A stretch of 64,000 nt of DNA from Syncephalis fuscata S228 (GCA_025786725.1 JAHLTZ010000029.1:1-64000), one strand, 5' to 3'; positions 1 through 13,150 are shown, numbered from the stretch's first letter. A program made the numbers and translations. Notes: generated by a model from the sequence alone, not told the origin.

Positions 1-332
1 TGGTGTTGCTTGATAAACGCATGCGCATATCTGCATTCTAAATTGACGCTTACTTCGATCAGCTGCTTACTGCAATTGCATCGATATAAACATTACACAG
101 CAAGTAACTGTTTAATTCATCAGATCGCAACAATAGTAAATAATAGCCATTTATTGACTATTAACATCGTCCATTTTCTGCCTATTCTGTCTATTTGCTA
201 CTCATAATATATATACACGTACCCTCTTTATATATACACATATATATTCAATCATCTATCATATCATTACTTTTACTATAACGACTACAACTAACCTGTG
301 GTACCTTTTATATTTGTAATACCATTATCATT

Positions 333-3010
333 ATGTTTAAACGTTGGACAGAAACGAAAAGTAGTACAAAGCAGTCGTCCGAACCGGAACAGCTGCACAC
401 GTCGTTTCTTTCAACCAGCTTACTTACCTTGGTATCGGAATCAAAGGATAAGCCGGCTACACCAGAAACTAAACTAGGCTTCAACAGCTGGTCACTACGC
501 GGAAAGGAAAAGGCAGTTGAGACCACGGGTCTTCCAGTTGTTACACCAGTTACCGTAACATCAATCCACGCCAAAGCAGCAAGCAGCAACGGCACGACAA
601 GCTCTGGAAGTACAGTACTTAACGCAGCCGGTCATCTTGCTGGTATTGTTGCTGCCGCCACATCAAAACCACTTGTAGGCAAGCCTGTTAGTGGTGGTCA
701 TCCTATTCTTGCTCCTAAACTACTCGGCACTGCCCGCCGCATTGGACTTACAACTGTGGCGAACATGGCACGCTTTGCAGCCAACCTACACCAATTTCGA
801 CAAGCCTGCGCATAATTGGCCCAAAAGATAGAAAGCGCGTTAATGCACAATCTGAGGTCAACGCCGAGTCAACAGAGAAGAAAGAGGCCGGCCTAGGCAG
901 CGAAGATAGTGGCATCGGCGATGTTTCCAATGATTACGAGCATGCCCCGTCTACTTCCTCAATAAATACAACTACTATAGACGTCTCTACTGATGCCATT
1001 GCAGCTACTAGCAACGGCTCACTTGCATTCGACACCAAGCCAACGATGGCAGTCCTTGAAGAGCTAGGCAACGATAATTATAGCGCCGCTACATCATCTG
1101 CTTCAAAAGAAGAGCTCGAAAATACTGCTAGCGCATTTCTCGCCATTTCACCCTCAACGACATCAAACGAAGTAATGGAAGCAGATCCGGTTACACAGCT
1201 GGCTAATGTCATGGAGGCAGCCTTTGCCTTTCCCTCAGAACAAGCTGAGGCAGATAAGCAAGTAACGGCTGCCATTGCCGAATCAGCTATTTTTAATGCG
1301 ATTGTTGAAAGCAACGCTCCAATTGAACACAAGATTGTGTCAGAAATAGTCAGGAAAGACGATACGCCAACTGAACACAAGATAGTGTCAGAATTGGCCA
1401 TGGACATGACATCTGTTACAATAATAGCTGAAGATAAAAACGCGAGTGATTTAGCCGTAGCACCAGAACTTCTAGAAGCCACCGACGTTGAAACGTTGTC
1501 CAAAATAGAACAGATAACGTCAACAATGGCGGAAGAAAAGTCGGAGATTACGCCAGATGATATTAACGACCATATAGATAATGACCATTTGTCAATTACC
1601 ATATTGGATCGAACAAGCAAAGATTTTTCTTTATTACTGCCGCCAACACCAGCTCTTGCTCCATCTCTTTCCAACAACGACGATATTGCCATTGACAACA
1701 ACAACAACAACGACGACGACGACGACGATAAAGCTATCATTGACACTGATGTCGCATCGTCGTTGGCCATGCCCGCCACTGTTGATATCACTATTGTAGA
1801 AGTAAAATCCACCAAAAAAAGTCGTTGGTTTTCAAAAGTTGGTAGCAAATTGATCCAGAAACAAGATAAATCGGCCAAATCTACGACGCATTCTTTAGAA
1901 GTCGAGACAAAAACCACATTAACCAAAGAAAAGACGCTACGTAAATCCATTCGCCACAGATTTCGTGGTGTAAGCCGTCGTGACCACGTCGAGCCTACCG
2001 ACGACGCCGTTCATGCTTTAGATAGCCATTCATTTACAACGTCGGCAGATGCATCTAGTAAAACAGACGCTGAAACTACCAATTCTCCTTCGTCGTCCGA
2101 CGACGATGCCGACACAACTAGCAATTTGGATAAGGCCGCGCATCGTTCAACCAAGTCACTTGAAGTACCACGCGCCCGTCGTTGGGCTCGTGATATTGGT
2201 GCCGTCATTCGTCGCCACCATAGTGATAGCTTTGTAGGTGAATCGGCTTTAAAGAAAACAACTTCAGAGTCGGGTCCCTCGTCATCAGCATCACCACCAC
2301 AGCTGCGCATTGATACGAAAATGGCCAATCAGAATGCTAACGAAGAAGATTCTGATCGTATTAGCAGTGCTAGCAGTAGCAGTAGTAGCTCATTGCCCAT
2401 TACCCCTACTACACCTACTCACAATCCGAATGATATGCATTGCCCATCGCGCCGTGTTGCCTACCTTGGTAGTGTACGTAAACTACAAGATGGCCGCCGC
2501 CCATTGCGCGAAATGATTGGCGTACAGTCGGTGTTGGCTGAAGTACGCCGTGTAGGCGGTGTACGTGTACCAGTACGTGAGGTACACGCCGCACTTGCCG
2601 CCGGTGACCGGGACATGGCACGGCGTCGTCGCCGTTTATCGGCACGTCGCCAAGCTACCGTTTCAACCGACGGTGCACTAATGCCGCTGAATGGCACGCG
2701 TGCTGCGGCTGATGTGTCTGTCTCGACGACGAATGGTGCAGGTCAACAGCACCGACGCTCATCCTCCTGGTCACAAAGTCCATCATTGCCAACGCTTCGT
2801 CGTTTGCCTTCAATGCCATTGGCCATGCCTTTGATATCCTTTGATACACCTCCTATCAAATCACCATCACCGCTTAAACTGGCAACGCCAATGCTTGCCA
2901 ATCTTACTGGTTCAGTAACCGTTCCAGCAACGCACGACTACGAAGAAGATGACGTACCACTCGCCTTGCTTCGTGAATCATCGGGCCATCGATCAAGTCT
3001 ATCTGCCTAA
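333..3010 (+). CDS. Low-complexity Ser/Thr/Asp-rich protein with a Zds1-C-like motif; ORFs 333-815 and 1046-3010 are probably one gene split by a frameshift at ~720-810
   Basis: The 1046 frame is open upstream to ~720 and overlaps ORF 333-815. RRVAYLGSVRKLQDGRRPLREM resembles the Zds_C consensus RAIYRLSHIKLANPRRPL. C-terminal EEDDVPLALL motif. Confidence 0.5.
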
Positions 3011-3784
3011 TCACAACAACTGCAATTCCGTAAATTAGAAAGAAAACAGCACTCGACAAATCGATATTGTATACATGTTCACCATCAGTATTGTTGCGGC
3101 TTTGTTGTTACCATTGCTACCATTATTACTATTACTATGAATATTTTATTACTACTATTACTTTTACCATTATTATTATTACCATCATCGTCATCATCAT
3201 CATCACAACTACGACGACAACAAGAATAGCTGCAATTTAATTATTTTATTTATTCAGATTGATTCAGAATAATTAAATAATTATTACAGCTATTTAAAGG
3301 TGTCATGTTATATTTGTATATACATGATTCTCTTGAGTCTTCACTTCTTCTTACAGCCGAGCCATTTTATTTTTTATTTTTTGCTTGTTTGTCATTTCTT
3401 CTACACTCGCTCTCGCTCACTCTATTTCTTAGCCTATCAACACTTTTCCGCGCTATTTTGGTTTGATTTTGTTATCACTCTTCTTCCCGACCCACTCTTT
3501 CATTTGTTAAATTTGGCATTTGTAACGTGCTATTGCTATCTCCCTCTCTTGGAGGTACATTATTTTATGCATACTAAAAACGAGCGATTCAATTATTTTT
3601 CCAATTGAATACCGCCCGTCCATCATCTCTTTCATTTTTTATTTTTCTCAATAATTGATGGAGAACCATTTTTAAATTGAAACAGGCTATATAATAGCTA
3701 TAAAAAACATAAACATTAACTAAAATAATTTATAGTTTTATTCAGTGTTATCATTTGTTTAATCAGTTATTAGTTTATTATTAT

Positions 3785-3935
3785 ATTGTGATTTGGCAGT
3801 TAAATGGCTATTCTTAATAACATCCAATCTACTGAACATGATGGCGAATAGTGAGTGGCATTGAATATTAAACTACAATGCTTTGAATACTTTACAGTAA
3901 CAATAAAATGGATTAACACTTATTTATTACCATCA
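3785..3935 (+). repeat. Solo diverged copy of the ~150-bp repeat that forms the arms of the 4991-5765 element
   Basis: tgtgatttggcagttaaatgg...taataacatccaatctactgaacatg...gtgagtggc aligns by eye to tatgatttggtggttaaatga...taataacactctttctattgaacatg...gtgagtgac at ~4992-5070. Confidence 0.6.
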
Positions 3936-4270
3936 TTTATCCATTTATTATATTTTGATATTTATTAACACTAATATTGGATATTGAAAATAGTGGGGAC
4001 TGACTCAACTTCAATTAATTTAAACGGAGTTGACATAGCGCCGCTTCAACAAATATCAATTTTCAGTATTAAAAACTGATTAACGGCTTACTATTCAAGT
4101 TATGGATCTTTTTGTCCCAGTTTAAGGATAGGGACTCAAAGTAAAATGGCTCCATATATTAAATCCGTGTTATTCCGATACCTCTCTATTGACAGACAAA
4201 TAGATACAGACAGATAACACACACTACAGATCTATTCTCGAATCTTTCTTTCTTTCCCCAATTCATCAGT

Positions 4271-4759
4271 ATGTTGCGGTCATCAACCAAGTTTGCCAAC
4301 GTTATCCGTCGCGGTTTGTCGACAAGCCAATTGTTGCCACCAAATCTGGCCAGCCGCAATGCGATCGATACAGTACGCGCCGCTGCTGCTAACGAAGCGC
4401 ATGCCATCTCGCCCGTGAACATGGCTGAATTGAACCGCTTCTATGCCCGTATTCCCAAGGGATCGGCTGCGCCTGAGGAACAAGGTGGCGGTTTGATTGC
4501 TCGCTACAAGCGCAAGCATTATAGCCCAAAGAACATGTCGCTTAAGCCATTGGTCCATGTTATAGTCGGCGTGTTTGCTATCAACTACTACATCAGTTAC
4601 CAAACGCATTTGAGTGAGTAAATAGATTAGAGGGGGTTGCGCTATAAATATGTTTATTTAACGATACGACTACTATATTATATAATATGCTATAATCCAT
4701 ATATACAAACATATACTAATCTACGTATAGAGCACCACAAGAATGTTGAACACCATTAA
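4271..4759 (+). CDS. ATP17: Mitochondrial ATP synthase subunit f (exons 4271-4613, 4731-4759)
   Basis: Presequence followed by LLPPNLAS, FYARIPKGSA, RYKRKHY...SLKPLVH and a spliced HLKHHKN C-terminus, all typical of fungal subunit f. Intron gtgagt...tactaat...tag. Confidence 0.9.
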
Positions 4760-4990
4760 ATCAGCTAGCACTGGCAACCATGACAGTGGTTCATAATTAA
4801 ATGGTACGTTTTATTATTGGCTATCCTTAGCCATAATATTTACTAACAATAATATTTATCAGGTTATGACGCGTCAATGAAACAATGCTTTTTGATTTAG
4901 AACGAATAAATAAATGTAGCTATTCGTTAATTTATTATGATCTATTTATTTATTTAAACTTTTTGAGCCAATAATTTATTGATCATTATA

Positions 4991-5765
4991 GTATGATTTG
5001 GTGGTTAAATGAATTATGAATGTATTTAATAACACTCTTTCTATTGAACATGGAACTGGGTGGTGAGTGACGCAGTTATTAAAATACTCATCATTGTAAA
5101 TTTATTATCCATTATGCATATATGATTACCATAGTGCTGAGTCGTTGCTGTTTAGGCTGTTTTATTTTTAGCTTTATTTTATATTTGCATACTCATCAAC
5201 CCATTGCACTCCTATTTCCCTTGAACTTGTTATTACCGTGGATATCCATCATTCTGCTCGATCAGCATCAAAGTTATAGCCAATTTGCATTAACTGATTT
5301 GTCTATCAAACAGTTACACGGTATATATTTTTATGAACAAATAAACAAAATAATTTAAATTTTATTAATAATTAAACTAATACTAAACAAACAGCAGTTT
5401 CAAGAACATGTTGATATTATATGCTAGAATGATATAAAGTAGAATAGTATACAACGGAAAGAGTATAAATATCGCTGTTAAAGTTACAGTGCATATAGCG
5501 CAATAAGTGGAATAAATAAAGTGTATTGGAACATATAAACATTAGAATGTGCCCAGTATATTATAGAATGATATATAGTGGTGTGGAATAGAATGGTAAT
5601 AATATAAGTAAATGGTGGGTATATGCATACTGAATAATAAATCTACAATGATGAGTATTTTTAAACTTTGATGTTCACCAACCAGCATCATGTTCAATAG
5701 AACGAATGTCTTGTTCAATTATGTGAATAATCAATATAATCATTTGACCATCAAATCACAATATA
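4991..5765. mobile_element. MITE/foldback-like element with ~140-bp diverged inverted arms (~4991-5132 and ~5610-5765)
   Basis: ttctattgaacatgg..tgggtggtgag pairs with ttcaccacaaccagcatcatgttcaatagaa, and aaaatactcatcattgtaaatttattat pairs with ataataaatctacaatgatgagtatttt. No coding capacity; a third copy lies at ~3785. No target-site duplication identified. Confidence 0.55.
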
Positions 5766-5829
5766 ATATTAATTAATCGATATTGTTATAGGTAAAATCG
5801 CTTTTATTAAGCTATACATAATAGATCGG

Positions 5830-7733
5830 CTACAGTTTAGCCTGGACAATATCGGTCGATGGCAATAGATGACGTCTTATGTACTCATTAAGAAAAGTGC
5901 CAGACGGATCAACTTGCTGACGTACTTGAAGGAAATCATCGAGGCAAGGATATAACTTGACTAAATCCTTGTAAACTAAGCCATGTTCCTATCAGAATAA
6001 AGCATGCTTATTATTAGTCATCGTAATGATTGTATTAGATAAAGCTATTACCTTGGCCCAGTGCGGTCTTCCACCTAGACTATGCATAATTCGCTCATAT
6101 TCTTTCCAGAATCGTTTATATGGCACTGGTTTGTTATATGGACTGCTCAATGATAAAGATAAGCTATGTATTAGTACTAGTCCACTCGATGTATATCATC
6201 GTCTATAACTCACCGATACATAATAACGCCAATATAACACACATCGTGTCCTTGTGCTGGACTAAGCCAAATATCGTCTTTAGCAACGAATCTTATTTCA
6301 ATTGGAAAATGAACCGGAAATTCCTTTTTCTGAATGACGGCTTTTAACTGTCTAATTGCTTCAGGTGCTTGTGATGCAGGCACAGCCCATTCATTGACCC
6401 GTTGACTAAATAGACAGTCAAAATTAAATACTTGATACGACGGCCCAACAGTAACAATGGGTGTTCGGTGCAGCCATGCCACCTTCCACCGTTCAATCGC
6501 CGACGTTAATAAATATGGCATAAACCGTGATACATAGAGTCCAAATTCGTACAAATGAAAGCCAACAAGTCGATCACGGAACCAGCTGATGGCTGGTGTA
6601 CGCCCAGTCGGCTAAATAATCATAGCCATATTCAATTAAAAAGCAGTGTTTTGATTAAATATTACTTGTTTTTAAGCAATCTATAGGGGACATACCTCAA
6701 CCGTTCGATCAGCTCGCCATACTACTGTATCATCCGAGTGAGGAAACCACCACATACGTACATGTTCAGCTGAGCGAACTGTCTCATGCCAATGTGGCAA
6801 TACCTCGTGCATGGTTGTAAGCATTTCGGCTGCGCGCAAGTGAAACGATGGTTCGCATTGCAACTCAACACGAACAATAATGCCAAGACAGCCAAGCGAA
6901 CACTGAGCTGCACGAAAGAGCCGAGGCAATTTATCAGGTGAGCATGTCACTAATGCACCATCGGCTGTTACGAGTGTTAATTCAGTAACCTGAATTGACG
7001 AATAAACGTGTTATTCGTGTTATTTTGTTAATGTGAGCACTTGACACCATCACACAACTTACAAGTGTTGATAGAATGCCGTAATCAGCACCGGTACCAT
7101 GTGTACCTGAAGTAATAAGGCCAGCAATACTTTGATCAGAAATTGATCCTAAATTGCTTAGAGCAAGTTGATGCTGTTCCAAATGCTTATGCAAATCATA
7201 AAGTCGCATGCCAGCCTGTACACGTACCCGGCGTGTGGCCACATCCACCTAGATATTGATTATAGATGTTGGTTGTTGATGCAGTGATATATACATATAA
7301 AAACGTCTATGTTGTAAATATAGCATTCCATCATTATTATGTTCTCTAATTACCGATAGAAAGCGATTAAGCCGGTCGGTGCCAATCATATACTCGTTTG
7401 TACATGCCAAATCAGACGGCGAATGACCTGCACCAATAGCACGACATGTTTTACCTTGAGCACGTGCCCGCCGGATAATCTAGATGCAGTAATAATGATG
7501 GCAAGTCGTTTGGTTAGCCACTAGAACAGAATATAACCAAAGTGTCGCGTGCAAGCATGCTAGTCTAAGGAAGAAGATAGCCACCATTATCACCACGACA
7601 ATAGCCATACCTCAGTCACCTGTGCTTCTGTCTCAGGTTCAAAGTAAAACTCGGGCTGACAACGATGAGTAGCAGCCCAGTTTTTAAAGATAAAATTACG
7701 TCGGTATTTTACTTTTGCTGTCCTGTCTGCCAT
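5830..7733 (-). CDS. ALO1: D-arabinono-1,4-lactone / L-gulonolactone oxidase (FAD-linked, multi-exon)
   Basis: FKNWAATHRCQPE, GAGHSPSD (covalent-FAD His), NLGSISDQSIAG..TGTHG, HFPIEIRF, RPHWAK, DPSGTFLNEY; ends VQAKL*. Confidence 0.92.
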
Positions 7734-8067
7734 TGTTTACGTAGCGTTTAGTTACCGTCACTATTACGGCTACAAATACAACGATAACAATTAAAAGAAA
7801 AAAAGAAAGAAAAATAAAAATATATACGTATTTACTATCCATAGGATTAATCGGCACTGAGTAGTAATATCACCTTATTAAACATATACACGTGAGTATT
7901 AAAAATCAAAGAAGTTTCTGGACCCTGCTTTATTTAGTTAGGTATGGCTAGCATTATGGCAAATGCAGTTCATGATAAGCGTTATTCGTCGTTATACTTT
8001 TTAATCCATATTATGGCTGTTCGTTCCCCATCCTTGTCCATCTTTGCCTACCCACCTCTGCCTCCAT

Positions 8068-8123
8068 ATGTACGTATGTACGTATGTATGTATGTATGTA
8101 TGTATGTGTGTGTGTGTGTGTGT
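8068..8123. repeat. Compound (TATG)n(TG)n microsatellite
   Basis: Directly visible; a (CT)n tract also lies at ~8751-8770. Confidence 0.85.
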
Positions 8124-8960
8124 ATACATGTGCTTATAGACACTGTCGTCATCATGTTGGAGGTACACGCCTTACACGCGCAACTACCTTTCTTCTATTT
8201 CTTCATTCCTTTAATGTACACACCTTCCATAGTTGGCACATGTACGCACATAGGCACACACACACACAATCTACAAGCACACATATAGGTACAAAAGAAT
8301 AATCAATAGCCATAATCAATGTCATTGATCAATGAACCAGTCAAAAACTACAAAAGAATAAAACTGCACCTATAGATGAATATCCGGTTTCTCCACAAAG
8401 ACGCCACATAGTCTATGAACAAAAAGAGGGTCATTATATCCACTCATTCTTTTATTCAATTCCAGTCAATTGGTTAATTAATAGTGGTGGTGGTCATTAT
8501 TGTCCGTCATTCACACGCATATGTACAAAAAACCGCCCACACTTATATAACACACTCCACACATATCACACACACATATATCAAAGTGTAAAAAGGCCCA
8601 CTTTTTAATACACACACCGCACACACACACACAATACTCAGTCGTACTCGCTCTGTTCACTGTCATTATCACACACGCTCTCTCGTCTTGCGTTGGTATT
8701 CTTTTTCTTCTCCTTGTCGTTCATAGTTGTTCGTTCTCTCTTTTTCTCTTCTCTCTCTCTCTCTCTCTCTCGCTGTCTCGTAACCAATACTATCGTTTCA
8801 TCTCATTTCCGTTTCTGCACATCTAGCACAACAAACAAACCAACCTACAATCATACTAAAGACTGTGGGCTTCCTTACTTGCCGTCTTCTATTACTTCAT
8901 CATCGGCAGCTTTGCTGCTATTTTTGCTTGAACGTCCGTTAACGTTCCCGATTGTTGTTG

Positions 8961-9322
8961 GTAAGTCAGACAGACGACGCAGAGTTGAGCTGAGCTGCTA
9001 GAGAAATGCCTTGATTTGCGTTTTTGTAGTTCCAGTCTATTTGGACATCAAAAGATTATAGTGCTATGAAACCAATGTTTCATTGTTTTTAAGCGACTTG
9101 CTACTTTAAACATTTGGTTTTAAAATATTTAAAACTTAAATAGCTGTAGCGGTATTAATACTGGCTACATGTTTTATTATATTAAATGGCCTTTTTTTGT
9201 TTTTAAAAGTAATAGCGTTTATCTACATCTACAGCAAACTATTTTCCTAATTGTCAAGCATCTACGGTGTTACAAACAATACCATATCCAATACTAACAA
9301 CGCTTTGTTCATTATTATATAG
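8961..9322 (+). other. Probable 5'UTR intron of the Whi3-like gene
   Basis: GTAAGT at 8961, perfect TACTAAC at 9292-9298, TAG acceptor ending 9322; upstream of the ATG at 9569. Confidence 0.7.
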
Positions 9323-9568
9323 TGGTCATACTAGCATTTGCATCAGCATCTGCATTGATATTGCCTCGCATTTCTGGCAAGCGCATTATTATATAACACG
9401 CTCTCACACTCACTCTACTCATACGCCGCAAGTCGCCTATTTATTTATTGGCAAACGTGGTACATTTTGAACAAGGACTATACTTGTTTTCATTGACGCA
9501 ACTTTCATTTATTGTGCATTCTTTCTGTGTTGTTTGTCGAATTTTCTACACGATCAGCCACTGTGATC

Positions 9569-10052
9569 ATGGCCAGCAATCGTAGCGACGGAAATACGCC
9601 CGGGAGTCTTCCTGGTGAAAGCTCACCAATACTCAGCCATGCAAACGTGCCAGCCACCACACTGGCCGTTTCAGAGGCTGTGGCCGCCTCTATTTCTGTG
9701 ACATCTGCTGCTATGGCGGTAAGTATCAGTGCGCCTACTATGGCCAATTCGGCTGTATTACCGCCAGCACCTGGTCTACCGGCCCCGGTACCTGGTGCAT
9801 CGGGCATTGCTCCAGCCGACGATATCTGTACAATCTTTGTTGTTGGCTTTCCGGACGATATGACCGAGCGCGAATTTCAAAATATGTTTACATTCTGTCC
9901 TGGTTTTGAAGCAGCAATGCTTAAGACGCCTCCGTCACAAGCATCTGCTGATGAAGCTGCTGCTACACCAGGCAGTAGTGATATCAATGGTGTAAACGGT
10001 ACAAATATGTCATCGACTAATGCCAGTGTTGGAGCTAATTCTGCTTCTGCCA

Positions 10053-10085
<33 letters not shown>

Positions 10086-11845
10086 TTGCAGCCGGCAATA
10101 CAAAGAAACCACTTCGTATTGGATTTGCCAAGTTTCGCACTCGTTTAACTGCACTCGAGGCACGAAACGTACTTAATGGTCGTAAAGTAGATCTGCATAC
10201 AGGCGCAGTACTACGTGCAGAACTAGCGAAAAAGAATTTACAAATGAAGCGCATTACTACGCTTAGTAATGGCTTTGAAGTAGGCAGCAACACAGCTAAT
10301 AGCCCCTCCAACAGCATAGGCTTCCCCAGCCTTCCTATAGATCGTAGTGCATCATCAACGGCCAGTGTGTCACAGCGATTCCATCAAAATGCATCAGAAT
10401 CGGCAGCATTTAATGCATTCTATTCGGTACCGACTACACCAGGATCAATAGGCAATGAAATGATGCGCAAAGACTACAGCAATAGCTTCGACTTCTTTGG
10501 TGATGCATTCATGTCACCTACGGGTGATGAAAACCGTCGTTTTGAACTGCCTAATCTAACGGCCGTCGGTACACCAACAGCTCGTAGCATGAGCTTCAGC
10601 CATCCACCTGGTCGTATGGCTAATGGCCAGGACAATTTTGCGCCATCGAATGCATTTAACGGATCATCGACAAATGGTACTGCCAATTCGACAGGCAACG
10701 TCGATAGCTATCCAATGCTTTCGCGCTCAAACTCGACCAGTGCAACGACGCGTACCTTCTTTGGCCGTGAAATTAGCGGTGGCGCATTGACAAATGGCGG
10801 CTCAATCGAACGAGGACCTAGTAGCGCTACATTGAAAGGGCCTGGTCAGCCTCCAAGTACACCAGGTGCTGCCCCATCTAATGGTACAGGCGCTGATGAC
10901 CAAATGGCTCCTTTGAGTGCCCGTATCAGCCAGTTAAGCATTAATACACAATTAAACTCGCTTTACAATGGAGCTGCACCGGCAGTAGGACCTCTGTCTG
11001 CCCCTGCTATTACAGCACCACGTAATCCCATTCCAGCGGATCAAAATCCACCCTGTAACACGCTTTACGTGGGTAATTTGCCAGTCAATGCACAAGAGGA
11101 CGAGCTACGCCGACTATTTTCACGTATGCGTGGCTACAAGCGCCTTTGCTTCCGTCCCAAGCCCGGCACTGGTCCAATGTGCTTTGTGGAATTTGATGAC
11201 ATTCCTTGCGCTACACACGCAATGAACGAGCTATACGGCGTGCCACTAAGCAACTCGGTCAAGGGCGGTATTCGTCTTAGCTACTCAAAGAATCCACTGG
11301 GTGTACGTCAAAACTTTGGCCCACCTACACCAACTTCATCTCAAAATGGCTCACAACAGCTCCAGCAGCAACAGCAGCAGCAACAACAACAACAACAACA
11401 ACAGCAGCAGCAATTGCGTCAAACTCATCTTTCTTCATTATCACCATCCAACGGTCATGCGAATATGACCTTGACTCAACAGCAACAACTAGCACAATTA
11501 AAGGCGGCGATTGCCATGAAGAACCGACTTGAAGGTGGCAACAACGTGCCTGGCGTGCCTATGTCCGGTGGCCCAGGCCGTCTTTCGCTTTCGGGTCTTT
11601 TACCAAACATGGGTCTAGGCAACACTCCTATGGTACAGTCTATGTCCGCCGCGCCTTCTCTTCCAACTGGCAATACCAACAATACGGTCAATGGCGGCAT
11701 TGCCTCTTCAACCGCCAATGCATCCAATGCCACCAACGGCAATGTCGGCCCAGCAACGTCAGCAGCAAACGGCAATCCAGGCAGTGCAGCCTCCAGCCCA
11801 ATGCAGGAGCCACCTTCGCTTCGCTGGCTAATGGAGGCACTATAG
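9569..11845 (+). CDS. WHI3: Whi3/Scw1-family RNA-binding protein: two RRMs, polyA and polyQ tracts, intronless CDS
   Basis: [17 protein letters not shown]...[31 protein letters not shown] is the Whi3/Scw1 C-terminal RRM signature. N-terminal [23 protein letters not shown]. First ATG at 9569. Confidence 0.85.
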
Positions 11846-12399
11846 CTGCTTGTATTGTTCCTTCGCGCTTACTTACTTATCCTTCTTTTCCTCCCACATG
11901 TGGCATGCTATTTACCGATGTCCATGTTATTGTTTGTGGATTTGCTTCGTATTTTCTAGTTGGTTGAGCCACACGGGCTAGCACACGTATAGTTGTGTGT
12001 ATGTGTGTATGTGTATGTACTGCACCTTAGTATAACAGTAAATGATACTAAGAAGACAGATAGACGTACGCGCTTTAAACATCATTTATTATATACAAAA
12101 GTACACAACCTGCACTTACATATATACTAAATATCTATACGATTGCAAGATCGTTTCATTCATTACTTCATTATTTCTCCTCGTATTATTCTCTCTCGTT
12201 AGTGATCAATGCACCTTTTCTTTGCTTACCCATTCTCATTCCGCACTCTCTACTACTACACTTTACATCCATCATTTAGCATGGTCGTTATTTTCAATTA
12301 CAAACGCTTTCTTTCCTTGATTTTTGTTCCTCACAAGAGCCATATTTGCACTGTTAATACCCAGCATCTCTAGGGAAATCAATTGCCAAGGAGAGACGT

Positions 12400-13150
12400 C
12401 ATTAAATAAGCATTGATCCTACATATTTATTTGTTCTTAAATGTCAACATTGACTACTATGACTAGCAATTATAGAGCAAGAAATATGATTTATAATAAT
12501 GATTTTGGTGTTAAATAACTTTATTCTTTTAACATATTTGCTATTATACTGAACTAATATGTGTTCCATGTAATGAGTAGTTTTGGTGTCGGTTGACATT
12601 TGTGTTTAATTCATTTGTATTAACAACACTATACAATCTACGTCATCATACTTTTCTTTCTCTTTCTTCTTACTTAGCATATATCTATTGTATATACTTT
12701 TACATTCCACATATGCCATCTAGATAGTATTAGCAATTGGTTGACTACTAGTTAGATACAAACATATTTACATTATGTTCTTGTATTGCTATTCTTTAAT
12801 CTCACCTTTATTGACACAGTAAGTACATTTTCGGCTTTGTTTATATTACATTTTACTATAAGGCATTACAAATATATGGTAAAGCAAAGTATAAAACGAT
12901 ATTGGCAACATATAGCCAGCATAATGACTGTACTGGCTATGTGCACCGTTACTACTCTACTAATCGTCTTCTTTTTTCCATCGCCTAAACAAGTTCATTC
13001 ATCAGTACTTTGTTTTGGCGTAGAGTGAACTATGGCTGTATTAAGCAATTTTATATCTCTTTTATTATTTTGCTTATCTAAACCAATACTGCAACTAGCG
13101 CAATAATTATGACTAATCGTTGGCTGAATAGGCATTTGGTCATATTGCTA
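12400..13150 (+). pseudogene. Decayed distant member of the 7TM family clustered at 57-63 kb
   Basis: Fragments VMSSFGVG*(C) resemble TLSSFGLSC, RNMIYNNDFG resembles RDLMHKRLFG, and TM5-TM7-like segments end FGVE*(W), resembling FVVDW/FLIDW. Several stops and frameshifts. Confidence 0.45.

Noticed and set aside
1078-2849. Long antisense ORFs (also opposite the Whi3-like, Rtt106-like, histone and RPL28 genes)
   Set aside because: Shadow ORFs produced by codon bias on the coding strand; no independent protein features.
7944-9001. ORFs upstream of the Whi3-like gene
   Set aside because: Translations of TG/CA/CT microsatellite-rich promoter and 5'UTR sequence.
12570-13030. In-frame TGA codons as selenocysteine
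   Set aside because: They accompany other stops and frameshifts in a decayed membrane-protein frame, with no redox motif or recognisable SECIS.
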